A DNA stretch of 63,997 bases, filler included, from Sanchytrium tribonematis (GCA_018985235.1; 7 parts of 7 records of this genome joined end to end with filler, not necessarily neighbours in it); one strand, 5' to 3'. Shown: positions 1 through 10,954, counted from the first letter of the whole stretch. Notes: generated by a model from the letters alone, not told the origin. A program made the numbers and translations.

Positions 1-1455
1 TTGACTCATTATTTATTAAATCTTCCAAACTATAGCATAAAACTTGGAAAACAAATATATAAACTTCTTCCATTTGCCGAAGGCGATGCAGGTGATCAAT
101 ACATGCTGCTCAATTTAAACAAAAAAGAGGCTAAATTACCTTTTAAATTTGAGCAGCATGTCTTAGTAAAGCGATTGGTTATAGAGAATAAAAGGTGCCA
201 CGACAGATTGCAAAATTTGCCAAAAGAAATTGATCTATATAAGGCTCTCACCGAAGAAAAAAGCGACCGAGGTTCCAAACATATAGTCCCTCTTCTTGGC
301 GCCGGAATGATAAATTGTGACAATTTATGCGATAAGGCAAGAATAGACATCGAGGAATCATCTAATGAAGAAGTTAAAAATTCTGACATTGGGATAGACG
401 ATGAATGGATGCATTTCAAAAACGAAGTTTGGATAATAACACCATTTTGTGAATACGATCTCAGTCAATTAATTGAATATATTCACTCGGATGCAGCAAA
501 AAAGGCCCCTGTAGATTTAAATCTACTAAATGGATTTCCTCAAAATATATTAGCTTTAATTTGTATTCAGATTTTGAAAGGAATTGACTTTTTGCACTCA
601 ATGAAAGTCATACATAGAGACATAAGGCCAGAAAATATACTCATTACCGCTGGAGGTATTGTTAAGATTGCTGAATTTGCACAGTCGGTGATGCTTGAGC
701 CACTAGATGAGAAAGAACAAAAAATAGCTATGGAAATTAAAAAAAGTAAGTCATCCAATGAGCTCAAGAGCGCAGGTAGCATGAATTCAATATCAAGCTT
801 GGGTAGCAGTGCTAATCATGAAAAAACTTATTCTAATTATTTAACTTCACATAAACATCGTCGTTCAGCTATCGGTACATTATTTTATATGGCACCAGAA
901 TGTGTCAAAGGCGAACCATATCAATTTTCGGTGGATATTTGGTCATTTGGTGTATTGGTTCATGAATGTATTACAGGCCACCCGCTATTCGTTGGAAATA
1001 CTCCTGTTGATGCCATGTCTTCGCTTAGCACTCTGGTTTCAACGCCACCACTCCCAGAGGAATGCAAACAAATGTGCACAAGTTTATGTAGAGATTTCAG
1101 AAAAAGATGCCTAGTAGTTGATCAGTATCAACGGGCTACAGCAAAGCGAATGTTAATGCATAGGTTTCTTGGTGAACATGGAGCTGTTAAACAATTACAA
1201 ACTATTTTAAGAGAGCTAGGAAATCCAATAGACGAGATGATTGAGGACTATAAAACTGAATATGGTTCCATGGAAGAAGAAATGAAAATAAGCTCTAAAT
1301 CCACTAATAATCTCGCAAATACAGACACATCCAATCTAGATAAAATTACTCGGACTAATAGTGTTCATAGTATTGGAAGTAGCAGGCAGTCACTCAATGG
1401 TAAATTCAAAAGACAATCTAAAATACAACGATTTTCCAGGCATTTTTTTGAATAA
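1..1455 (+). CDS. STE-group (PAK/STE20-like) kinase-fold protein, probable pseudokinase, 5' partial
   Basis: HRDIRPEN catalytic loop, GTLFYMAPE and VDIWSFG present; DFG position reads EFA; frame open from window start; stop overlaps AATAAA. Confidence 0.8.
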   Translation: MTHYLLNLPNYSIKLGKQIYKLLPFAEGDAGDQYMLLNLNKKEAKLPFKFEQHVLVKRLVIENKRCHDRLQNLPKEIDLYKALTEEKSDRGSKHIVPLLGAGMINCDNLCDKARIDIEESSNEEVKNSDIGIDDEWMHFKNEVWIITPFCEYDLSQLIEYIHSDAAKKAPVDLNLLNGFPQNILALICIQILKGIDFLHSMKVIHRDIRPENILITAGGIVKIAEFAQSVMLEPLDEKEQKIAMEIKKSKSSNELKSAGSMNSISSLGSSANHEKTYSNYLTSHKHRRSAIGTLFYMAPECVKGEPYQFSVDIWSFGVLVHECITGHPLFVGNTPVDAMSSLSTLVSTPPLPEECKQMCTSLCRDFRKRCLVVDQYQRATAKRMLMHRFLGEHGAVKQLQTILRELGNPIDEMIEDYKTEYGSMEEEMKISSKSTNNLANTDTSNLDKITRTNSVHSIGSSRQSLNGKFKRQSKIQRFSRHFFE

Positions 1456-1485
1456 ATCATGAAACTTCACACACTTTAGGCCAAA

Positions 1486-3135
1486 ATGATATTTACTTCG
1501 ATTGTTCAGGCTACATGCTTTGGTTCAAATAATGTATGTGTGTCGGGATATATTTCTGGAAACTCAGCGTACATAACACTTGATACTTTGACAAGCAATG
1601 GATTCGGTGCTTTCGGATTTGGATCGTCAATGTCAACGGCAGATATATTCACTTTAGAAAACTATAAGGGCACAATAGTTTTTCATGCTAGATCATCTAC
1701 TGGTCAGTCCACACCGCGAGTTGTGACTGATGCAGCTGTAAGCTTGATTTCCTCTAGCATTACTAGTACTCGAAGCACAGTAACATTTTCCGTTCCTCTC
1801 ACAGCTCAAGGGTCTTTTGTAGTAGGGTCAAAATCAGGTTCGAATTATATAATTTGGGCATATGGAAAACTAAATACCAATGGTGGAATTATGCAACATG
1901 GAAGTACTGGATTCGGCACGGGAAGCCTCATTATGGCGCTGACCAATAGCCCTCCACCAACACAAGCTCCCACTAGCACAAATTCTGGGTCCGGTCCTGT
2001 ATTAGCACCTACAACCACCACAACTTCAACCCCTCTTACAACTGAAAGTATTTACACCCCCTTCAATCCAATCTGCGTAGATCCTAATCATAATGTTTGT
2101 GTGTCTGTCCAAATTAGTGAAGATTTAGGATTTATAGTCATGGATGTAAGTAATAAAGTTGGATATGGTGGAATAGGATTTGGTCCCTCAATGTTGGATG
2201 CCGATTTGATTACAAGTGAAATTGACAATGGAAAAATATCCGTCAATGCACGGCTTGCTTCTGATTACAGCACTCCTGGAGCTGTGAATGACGTAAATTT
2301 GAATGTTACAAATACTCTTTTGATTAACGGAAGAAGAATCACCTATTTTACTTTACCTACAAAAGGTGAAAATTCTTTCAGCCATACAATCAGTATGAAC
2401 CAAAAGCTCGTTTGGTCATACGGTGATATTGTGAATGGAAAATTGCAAGACCATAAAAGCAATTACGGTACTTTAAATATTGATTTTACATCTGCACAGC
2501 AACAAGGGTCTTCATTAGCCTTAAAACTTGACTTGGTTCCTTACCATGGGATTCTGAATACTTGGACATGGCTGGTACTGATGCCTATCTCGATGTTAAT
2601 CGCGAGATTTGGAAAACACACAATCGGAAAAAAATGGTTTCCTATTCACAAAGCACTGAATATAATCACCTTTTTGGCTTCCACAACTGGTCTAATACTG
2701 GTGTGTAAGGCATATAATGACGATGTCTTTAAGACCGGATTTGCACATCCATTTATAGGTAGCTTGATTTATGGCTGCATGATCCTGCAAATGTATTTGG
2801 GATATTATATTGATAAACACTGGGATCCTCATAGATTGAAAATGCCATGGACAGACTATTTTCATTGGTTTGCAGGATATGGGTTAAGTCTGCTTGCATT
2901 TGTAAATGCCGTATTAGCTGTACAAAAAAACAAGGAATGCGGATACTATGTGTATCCAGCAGTTTCACTTTACTCTGCTTATTTGGCATTTATGATGTTT
3001 TACGCTGTTTGGAAATATTCTTTGACACATCCGATGAAAATGAAAGTTAATGCTCCAAAATTACCGAAATTCAAGAAGCCTCAACCCTCTCCTGCCACGC
3101 TTTCGACTGACAATCCACAAATTGTTTCCAAATAA
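1486..3135 (+). CDS. Tandem DOMON x2 + cytochrome b561 membrane protein
   Basis: Two repeats of GFG.SM..AD / W.YG....H heme-DOMON pattern with a Pro/Thr linker, then b561 helices with His ligands (YHGIL, WFPIHK, AHPFIG, FHWFAG). Confidence 0.85.
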   Translation: MIFTSIVQATCFGSNNVCVSGYISGNSAYITLDTLTSNGFGAFGFGSSMSTADIFTLENYKGTIVFHARSSTGQSTPRVVTDAAVSLISSSITSTRSTVTFSVPLTAQGSFVVGSKSGSNYIIWAYGKLNTNGGIMQHGSTGFGTGSLIMALTNSPPPTQAPTSTNSGSGPVLAPTTTTTSTPLTTESIYTPFNPICVDPNHNVCVSVQISEDLGFIVMDVSNKVGYGGIGFGPSMLDADLITSEIDNGKISVNARLASDYSTPGAVNDVNLNVTNTLLINGRRITYFTLPTKGENSFSHTISMNQKLVWSYGDIVNGKLQDHKSNYGTLNIDFTSAQQQGSSLALKLDLVPYHGILNTWTWLVLMPISMLIARFGKHTIGKKWFPIHKALNIITFLASTTGLILVCKAYNDDVFKTGFAHPFIGSLIYGCMILQMYLGYYIDKHWDPHRLKMPWTDYFHWFAGYGLSLLAFVNAVLAVQKNKECGYYVYPAVSLYSAYLAFMMFYAVWKYSLTHPMKMKVNAPKLPKFKKPQPSPATLSTDNPQIVSK

Positions 3136-3255
3136 AATTAAATACCTGGCAACCAACTAAATAAATTTTTAAACTTTAAGAAATCCATTCGTTTATAAAC
3201 AAAGCCGGACTTCTTGCCAGATTTCAGGCCAATCCCGATTGCACTCCTTGAGACA

Positions 3256-3882
3256 ATGACAATTATTGAAAAATCACCGACAAAAACGCTCCTTGATACA
3301 ATGACATTGGCAGACAAAGAACAGAAAGATTTAGAAAGTCACTTGGCAAAACTAGAACAAATTGACGATAAATTCAACGCAGAGTTTCAATCTCTAAAAG
3401 AAAAAATTTTTAAAGAAAAGCTACCGACGTATAAGAAAAGAGACTCTTTGTTAGCCAAAATTCCAAATTTTTGGTTGGCTTGCATTAATAACTCTCCTAT
3501 TAGTCAGCATACTAATGATGATGACTTAAATATTTTGCAACATTTAACTGGTGTATCCATAGATATAACTAAAGAGTTTCAAAAAGCTACTCTTGCTTTT
3601 AGCACAAACGATTACATTGAAAATTCTACTTTGTCTAAAACCGTTTATTTCGGAGAAAATGGCAAAATTTTGTTTGATAAAATCAAATGGGCCAAGAATC
3701 CAAAAAGAACCAAATCAGAATCTGAATCAGAGTTTTTCAAACTATTCAATGACGAAGAAACAGAGCTTGTCGATGCTCTAGTAGATATTTATGAAAGTGC
3801 AATCGAATACTTCGATGACAATGATACAGAAGACACAAAAAGCAATGAAACTTTAAAAAGTAGTGATGGCGAGCAAGAATAA
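3256..3882 (+). CDS. NAP/SET/Vps75-family histone chaperone
   Basis: KRDSLLAKIPNFW, F..N.Y.EN..L.K, IKW motifs and acidic tail; start at ATG 3256 or 3301. Confidence 0.8.
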   Translation: MTIIEKSPTKTLLDTMTLADKEQKDLESHLAKLEQIDDKFNAEFQSLKEKIFKEKLPTYKKRDSLLAKIPNFWLACINNSPISQHTNDDDLNILQHLTGVSIDITKEFQKATLAFSTNDYIENSTLSKTVYFGENGKILFDKIKWAKNPKRTKSESESEFFKLFNDEETELVDALVDIYESAIEYFDDNDTEDTKSNETLKSSDGEQE

Positions 3883-3942
3883 ATTATTTTCAAGACAATA
3901 TGAATTTTCTTTAAAGGGTTGAAATTTGGAATACTCCTTGAA

Positions 3943-4770
3943 ATGAATGATTTGCCAAAAATTGTATTTGTGGGAAATATATCATACGATGCCACAGAGC
4001 AAGGATTAAAACAAATTTTTTCTCGTGTTGGACCCGTTCATTCATTTCGTTTGGTTACAGATAAAGACACGAAGCGTCCAAAAGGGTATGCGTTCTGCGA
4101 ATTTTTTGACCATGAGACCGCAGCAAGCGCGGTGCGTAATATGAACGGATTCGAAGCTTTTGGGAGAAATTTAAGAGTCGGCTGGGCCAACGAAGGTCTT
4201 AAGAATGCTCCGAGGGATGTTCAACAAACTCTACAACAAGAAAGTGAAAGAGTTCAGCAGCAGGTAGCAGCATCTCTGGACCCGTCTCAAAGATCTCTCT
4301 TTTTGCAACAACAGCCAACACAGGCGCTCCCTAATATTTCTCCAAGTTTGCAGGTCATCAGCTCCACTTTGGGAAATATGCAGCAAGATCAGCTTTTACA
4401 ACTAATAACTCAAGTACGAGAACTTATTGTTTCAAATCCAAGTGAAATGCAAAATATTTTATTAAGTAATCCAAATTTGTCATTTGCAATTTTACAAATT
4501 TTAATCATGTTAAATTTGGTCGATCAGCCCACAATTCAAAAAATTTTAGCACAACCACTCCCTCAAGCCCAAAATCCTGTTCAGCAAACAAACCACTCTC
4601 AACCTATACACCAACCCAGTCACCCACCACAACCGGCTCCAAATCAACAAAGCACGGACCAACAAGCCCTACTGAGGCAGGTGCTCGCATTGACTCCCGA
4701 GCAAATATCAACCTTGCCTCCAGATCAACAAAAAACTGTTTTGCAATTGAGGGCGGCGCATGGTCAATAA
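3943..4770 (+). CDS. CSTF2: Cleavage stimulation factor CstF-64/Rna15
   Basis: RRM (VFVGNISYD, PKGYAFCEF), hinge region, C-terminal QVLALTPEQISTLPPDQQ. Confidence 0.9.
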   Translation: MNDLPKIVFVGNISYDATEQGLKQIFSRVGPVHSFRLVTDKDTKRPKGYAFCEFFDHETAASAVRNMNGFEAFGRNLRVGWANEGLKNAPRDVQQTLQQESERVQQQVAASLDPSQRSLFLQQQPTQALPNISPSLQVISSTLGNMQQDQLLQLITQVRELIVSNPSEMQNILLSNPNLSFAILQILIMLNLVDQPTIQKILAQPLPQAQNPVQQTNHSQPIHQPSHPPQPAPNQQSTDQQALLRQVLALTPEQISTLPPDQQKTVLQLRAAHGQ

Positions 4771-4846
4771 ACACATTTTTAATCAGCGTGAAATTTTTAG
4801 GTTCATGGTGTTAAATTCTTAAACGGAGAATCTGAAACATTGATAA

Positions 4847-5380
4847 ATGACTGCTCCAACAAAAAGTCCAACAAAAGTAGCCCAACCCGCTCCTCCTACT
4901 CAGGGATCTCCTATTAAACCTACACAACAATCTGCTTCACCAGTGGCAAAGCCGTCATCACCATCGAAAGCTGCGCCTCAGAATGCCGCTTTAAGTACTC
5001 AGCCAAAGTCAGCTGAAACTGCAAAAAGACCAGCTGATCAACCAGATGTGTCCAAAAAACCAAAAGTAGAAGAGACAAAGCCTGCTGTAAATACTACAAA
5101 ACCAGCTTCCCCAAGCAAGCAAAACACTATTCCAGCAGCTCAGCCGCCAAAACCTGTAGTTTCTTCTACATCAACACCTCAGCCTCTAAAGCCCACTGCA
5201 ACTGCATCACCTACAAAGCCTGTTGCTTCTTCATCTGCAGCAAAAACTGCATCCCCAGTTAAACCTGTTGCAAAAAAAGCGGAACCTGTAGAGGAAGATT
5301 TTGAGGAAGACAGCTTTAACTCAGAAGAGTTCGAGCAAGATGATTCTGAAGACTACTCTGAATATAACGAGGAAGATTAA
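4847..5380 (+). CDS. Low-complexity Pro/Ala/Ser/Thr/Lys-rich protein with SP.K motifs and acidic tail
   Basis: 177-aa ORF with ATG; AATAAA at stop. Confidence 0.7.
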   Translation: MTAPTKSPTKVAQPAPPTQGSPIKPTQQSASPVAKPSSPSKAAPQNAALSTQPKSAETAKRPADQPDVSKKPKVEETKPAVNTTKPASPSKQNTIPAAQPPKPVVSSTSTPQPLKPTATASPTKPVASSSAAKTASPVKPVAKKAEPVEEDFEEDSFNSEEFEQDDSEDYSEYNEED

Positions 5381-5421
5381 ATAAACTAAATTATATTTAC
5401 CTCACTCTTTGTGAAAGCAAA

Positions 5422-5965
5422 ATGAGTATATCTGATGCGGTTCTGTTATATGCAATTTGTGCTTCTGCGTATTTAAGTGTTTGTTCAAGTTTATTGCTTT
5501 TCATTTACTATTTTAGATATATTGATGAAATAAAATATAGGCAGCCTTGTTTGATTTTTGTAACAAATGTTTACATAATATTACTTGGACTCGCAGAATT
5601 CACGAATTTGATATTTGATGAATTAGAACTAAGGTATGATCTTAATTATTGTAAGTTTTTATGCTTATTTCCAATTTGTGCCTTGAATATTTTGCAAACA
5701 GTTAGATTTACTTATTTGTTGAAGACTCGATGCACATTAACAGTTGAAAATGCTAACAATTTTGCTTACCTGGAACCTAATAGAATTATTTGCTTTACGC
5801 CGACCAAAATCATACCAAAAGCGCCTTCCTCAACTATGCAAAGAAAAACTTCATCAGAATCTCATTTTTCTACATATGTTTCTCCATCTGTCGCAATAAA
5901 ATCACGGAACATCGACAAACCTGATAAGACCTATAACTATAAAGCTATTGAATTTTCCAGTTACA
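5422..5965 (+). CDS. Multi-pass membrane protein, 3' partial
   Basis: About three hydrophobic segments; runs into contig linker. Confidence 0.6.
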
Positions 5966-6065
5966 NNNNNNNNNNNNNNNNNNNNNNNNNNNNNNNNNNN
6001 NNNNNNNNNTTAATTAATTAANNNNNNNNNNNNNNNNNNNNNNNNNNNNNNNNNNNNNNNNNNNN
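5966..6065. other. Artificial contig linker
   Basis: N44-TTAATTAATTAA-N44 six-frame stop spacer. Confidence 0.98.
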
Positions 6066-6217
6066 CACAAATATCATGAACAAATCAAGACTGCAGACAT
6101 GACAGAGACATTTAAGAACTTGAGACGACAATTGCCATTGACTAAACAGGAAATTGAGTGGGAAAAAGTAATTTTAATTTGATTTAGGTGGCTGGTTATC
6201 AAATGCTCAAAAAATAA
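6066..6217 (+). CDS. CAP1: F-actin capping protein alpha, C-terminal fragment, join(6066-6167,6188-6217)
   Basis: Not in ORF track. Reads ...MTETFKNLRRQLPLTKQEIEWEK|VAGYQMLKK*, matching the CapZ-alpha FK.LRRQLP.T...I.W.K...Y motif after removing a 20-nt intron. Confidence 0.85.
6168..6187 (+). other. 20-nt spliceosomal intron (phase 0)
   Basis: GTAATTTTAATTTGATTTAG; contains an in-frame TGA; removal restores the conserved C-terminus. Confidence 0.8.
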
Positions 6218-6230
6218 AATAAATTATTTA

Positions 6231-8629
6231 TTAAATGGCTGTTTGATTGCCCACTTTTGGCTTTTGTTTTCGCCACTGTCGAATGTTTAATATCAATTGC
6301 TGTGAAATAGCACCAAAGACAATCCCAGATATCAAGATTCGAATCATTTTCATCAATGATAAATCAATTAGAGCCATTTGGATTGGTTTGATATTTGACA
6401 GAATAATGGAGTTAGTTTGGGTTGAATTGGACATTTGGGTGACAGTTTTGGCGAATAGCAGGGTAGTTGAGACAGGTAAAATTGGTGTAGATGTTAAAAT
6501 GCGAGTGGGAATAGAAGGACCTAAATAAATGACAAATTACGAGTAATCTGGGTCATATCAGACTCATTAATAGAGAAAATGATAGTCGTGGCTCTCTCTG
6601 CTTCCATATGTGTTGTATTTGGTGCGTTTATTGTAGATTCTACAGAGTCTGGCCAATTTCGCGTGGTTGAGGCTAGATTTGTTAAAGTCGAGACTGTCGT
6701 ACTTGTAGCAACATATCTCGGTAGCACCTCTCCAAGAGCCAATATTCTACAGGTGCTCTGACTAGCCGTGTAAATCCCATTTAAATTGCATTGATTTTTA
6801 AATGTTTTACCAAACACTCCTGGTGCCATTGGATTATTGGCCAAACTACAATTTGATAACCCTATTGCATTGCTAATCAATACGTCATTCACTCTGTTAT
6901 TCCGTAAATACAGCTGAGAGGGTGCTAGAAATGACAAATTGCCACTCAAATAATTATCATTGAAATAGAAACTAGAGCCATTGAATTGGAAATTGATGCA
7001 GCCACTCAAGTAATTATGAGATATGTCTAATGTAGTAGCATATTGAAGGGATTTCGGGATGCTGCCAGTGAATGAATTGTTGGAAATATTAAAATAACTT
7101 AAATCTGACAAAATAGTTGGAATATTTCCAGTCAAATTGTTGTTTGACAAGTCAAATGTGGTGAGTGTTGATGGCAAATCATATGTGATGTTGCCCTGCA
7201 TCCCATTATTGTCCAATTTAAGCGTTTTAATACCTTGGGGAAGAGTCTTTGGAAATTTGGTAAATTTGTTAAAACTCAATCTCAGATCGTTAATTGTAGA
7301 GTATCCCAAATCCACATCACCAGATAACTGATTTTATGATACATCAACTAGTGAATAAACCAATGGCTTAAATTTCTGCAAATTACCAGAAAATGAATTC
7401 CACGACAAATCCAATTTTGTGATGCTATTCGTCAAATTAAGACTTGCAAGGTCTCCTGTTAGTTTATTATGCCCAATTAACAAATCAGTAAGTCCTGCTG
7501 GCCATGAGGTGGGCAGTATACCCGTCAATAAATTATTATTCAAATTCAATGTTAAAAGCGAATTTGGTAAATTTGGAATCGTTCCATTTAATTGGTTATT
7601 GCTCAAATCAAGAGTAGTCATTGCGCTATTAAGTGTAGGAATGGACCCGTAAATCTTATTTCTGGCTGCTTGAAAATTCTTTAGCGTTGCAGGGAAAGTA
7701 TTTGGTAATTTGTCGTAAATTAAATTGTCTGATATATTCATTTGTTGGATATTTGGTGGAAACGATGGAAGAGTTGTAAATAAGTTACCACCAATAGAAA
7801 TCCTCTGGGTCCCAACTGGAAATGAAGTCGGCAAAACACTCAATTGATTTTCACTCAAGTCCAAATCAAATAATTTTGATGGAAGTGAATTTGGAATAGC
7901 ACCTTGTAATACATTAGCTGATAAATACAAATATTTAATTGAGTTGGGAAGGTTGTTTGGAATGGTTCCAGTTATCAAGTTCTGATTGAGGTCAAAATCA
8001 AGAATATAACTTGGGCTAGGAAAAGATTTGGGGAATTGTGTCACTAAATTGTCATACATGAACAAATTATTCAGACTAGCCGGTAATGGAGGTACTTGAG
8101 TGAATTTTCCACTTTCTAAATACAAATCCGTGATGCTATTCGGAAGTGAAGCTGGCAATCCCGTCAATTGATTACTAGAAGCCCCAAACTCAATTAATTG
8201 ACTAGGTAGCGTATTTGGAATAGTACCTTGGAATTTACTATACCATAAATACAAATATAAGATACTGTTTGGTAGATCACTCGGAATTGTGGTATTCAAG
8301 GGCGTAGAGACGATTTCCAAATAAGTCAAAGCAGACGGGATAAATTGACTTTTCATCGTCCCATTGACATTTCCACCAGTAAGTCGAAATCCATCAAGAC
8401 GCTCATTTGGTGCGGTACCTGAACAGTACATGTAAAGATCCCCGAGACTACTACTTATAGTTGTCGTGCAACAATCTGCTGGAATACTTTGATAAAGCAC
8501 TGGATCCGTTAAATGAAGATTCAAACCCTGTAAAAAGTTGAGAATAACTGGGCAATCAACAGTAACTCCATATAGGTTCGTGATAAAGATCAAATAGATC
8601 ATCAAAATAGATTTTAGAGCAGTCATCAT
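6231..8629 (-). pseudogene. LRR receptor-like surface protein with one in-frame TAA (7334-7336) and a 20-nt intron
   Basis: Signal peptide, DC..CC..C cap, many LP.SL / L.G.IP LRRs, Ser/Thr stalk, TM, basic tail; DVS*NQLSG continues in the same frame. Confidence 0.75.
6521..6540 (-). other. 20-nt spliceosomal intron (phase 1)
   Basis: GTAATTTGTCATTTATTTAG; joins the stalk to the TM-coding ORF 6231-6434. Confidence 0.8.
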
Positions 8630-9116
8630 TTGGAAATGAAACTTTGAACGGCCTAGACGAGTTTTTGATGGCTTTTAATCGTGCGCTGATTATACAGTAG
8701 AATCCAATTTTCAAATAAATATTTACAATACCAATCATGGCAACATGGCAAAGCGCAGCAATTCCTGATGATATTCACTTTTTTATTAAAACTTCAGTTT
8801 GATGTTCCATTTTTTGCTTTTGATTTCTCAAATACTCAATGTTTAAAAGCAATTGCTGTGAAATGGGCACCAAATACAATAGCAGATATTCTTTGCTCAA
8901 ATATGGTGGTGTATTCAGCCCACTTTGAGAAAAGCGCCCATATGTTGGATCTCCAGTATGAATTATCAAATCATGAAATGACAGCAATCTGTTGGGACAG
9001 TATGATATAGTGTCTGTTATATGAAGATTTAGTCCTTATAAGAAGCCCATAATGACTGGACATGGCTGTCAAAAGTCAAAACACGGTGTTTTTAAAAAAG
9101 AATAAAATTTAATAAA

Positions 9117-9757
9117 TTAAAATTGATTTTCTTTGTCAGTTAATGGGACATACATGACATCCATCAATGATTGTTTGTGATACTCATTGCCATTTCTTGT
9201 GACTAGCATTAATTTTTGATCTTGTTTGCCAACTGGAATTAATAATCTGCCATGATTGGATAATTGTTGTAATAAATCAGAATGTAATTCACTTGCAGCA
9301 GCACCTACATGAATCACATCATAAGGAGCATATGGCTTATATCCGAATCTGCCATCTACTGTAAAATATTGTAAATTGGTGATTTCTGGATTACCCTTTG
9401 AAACATTATTTTGAGATAATTTGACCAATTCTGGTAAATGATCAATGGCAATCACTTGATTATGGGTCAATTTAGCAAAACACGCTGATAAATACCCTGA
9501 TCCACATCCAATATCCAATATTTTATCATTTTCATGGATATTTAATAATTCTAATGCGTATGCGTGCATGTGGGGTGCTGAAATCGTAGCACCATATCCA
9601 ATAACTTGTGGGCTATCTGAATATGGGTGATTTGGGCAATAAAATTGACGATTGATTGAGACATGGCATAAAATACTTGATGAGATTTGATAATGGATGC
9701 TTCTTGTAGATTCTGGAGTAGTTTAATGTTGGAAGTGGCACTGCAAGTCCATGCCAT
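9117..9757 (-). CDS. PCMT1: Protein-L-isoaspartate O-methyltransferase with a 1-nt frameshift near 9655
   Basis: MAW..S..SN..L, PY.DSPQ.IG.GATISAPHMHA, LDIGCGSGY, APYDVIHVGAA, V.YVPLTD; split across two frames with no intron-like sequence. Confidence 0.85.
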
Positions 9758-9791
9758 TTGTGTTTTGACTAAAAATCTCCTAATTAAAAAT

Positions 9792-9992
9792 TTATTGATT
9801 TTCTGCAAAATCTGATTTTTGCTTTATTGGGCCCAATTTTGGTTTAAATATCTTGAAATCAAAATATTTCTGTAGTTCTTTCTTTAATTTGTCAATTTCA
9901 TCTTGCATTTTATTGATAATTAGTTGATTTTGATGCATTTCTATAAAATGTCTTTCTTTTAAAATTTTACAATTTTGACAAGAATCACACAT
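9792..9992 (-). CDS. Small coiled-coil hypothetical protein
   Basis: 66-aa ATG ORF filling the gap; stop fused with AATAAA. Confidence 0.45.
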   Translation of the reverse strand: MCDSCQNCKILKERHFIEMHQNQLIINKMQDEIDKLKKELQKYFDFKIFKPKLGPIKQKSDFAENQ

Positions 9993-10045
9993 AATGGCCT
10001 ATTTATAAGGAATATTTAATTTACAAATCAAATTTATCAATTTAT

Positions 10046-10954
10046 TTAATCACAAGTCAGCAACAAACAGCCTCCAATTAAGCAACTCTTTTGTAATACC
10101 TCTAAAACAGTCAAATCACTGGCAATTGGCATTAAATGCCCTTGAGCATCAATTTCTACTCGTACTCTCTCATTAATTTGTGCCATTTCCAATAAACCAC
10201 TAATATGCGCATATACATCCACTTTTTCAAATAAAATGGATTCTGAATTGATTTTAACAATAACAGGCACACAGAATGACTCATCAAGTACTGGAATATA
10301 CTGCGCATTAGCCAATTCTCCCACTACTTTAATCTTCAATTCATCCAATATCTGGTATATTTTATCAAATTTCTCATTTTGCAATTTAATCATTTTATCG
10401 GCATTCATTTGCTTTCTCTCTCGTAAAATGCGTTGCTTTATACAATTTTTTTTGATTTTATCAAAATACTCATCTTTAAAATAGTGATTTGCCACATTTA
10501 TCAATTCCAAACATTCCTCATATTTCTCACATTTAAAGAGTGAATTAACTGCTTTAAAGTATGCTTTAACCTGCATTCTATCCATTTTCAACACATCTAT
10601 GCAAATCAAATAGCAACTACGGAAATTACTCAACATTAAATGAGATTGTGCCAAATTTAATTTCAACACAATTTCCAATTCTTTCCCTACTGTCTGCTCC
10701 AATCCCCGTTTATAATATTGAATAGCCTCTTTATATCTCTTTAATGTATACTGCTCATTCCCTTTTTGTTTAAAATTCATTGCAATCTCTTCTGGATTCC
10801 CTTCATAAACCAATGATTGAATGGCTTCTAATTCCACATGATCACTCATATTCTCTGGTAATTCTGTCATAAATAGTGGTGTATTCTCTAAATATGCATT
10901 AATATCCACCTGTTTTCTTTCCGCAGTGGATTCTTTGATTTCGTCTTTGGTCAT
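10046..10954 (-). CDS. CNS1: TPR co-chaperone Cns1/TTC4
   Basis: TPLFMTELP...LEAIQSLVYEG.P.EIA.NFK.KGN followed by TPRs; first ATG at 10954. Confidence 0.85.
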   Translation of the reverse strand: MTKDEIKESTAERKQVDINAYLENTPLFMTELPENMSDHVELEAIQSLVYEGNPEEIAMNFKQKGNEQYTLKRYKEAIQYYKRGLEQTVGKELEIVLKLNLAQSHLMLSNFRSCYLICIDVLKMDRMQVKAYFKAVNSLFKCEKYEECLELINVANHYFKDEYFDKIKKNCIKQRILRERKQMNADKMIKLQNEKFDKIYQILDELKIKVVGELANAQYIPVLDESFCVPVIVKINSESILFEKVDVYAHISGLLEMAQINERVRVEIDAQGHLMPIASDLTVLEVLQKSCLIGGCLLLTCD

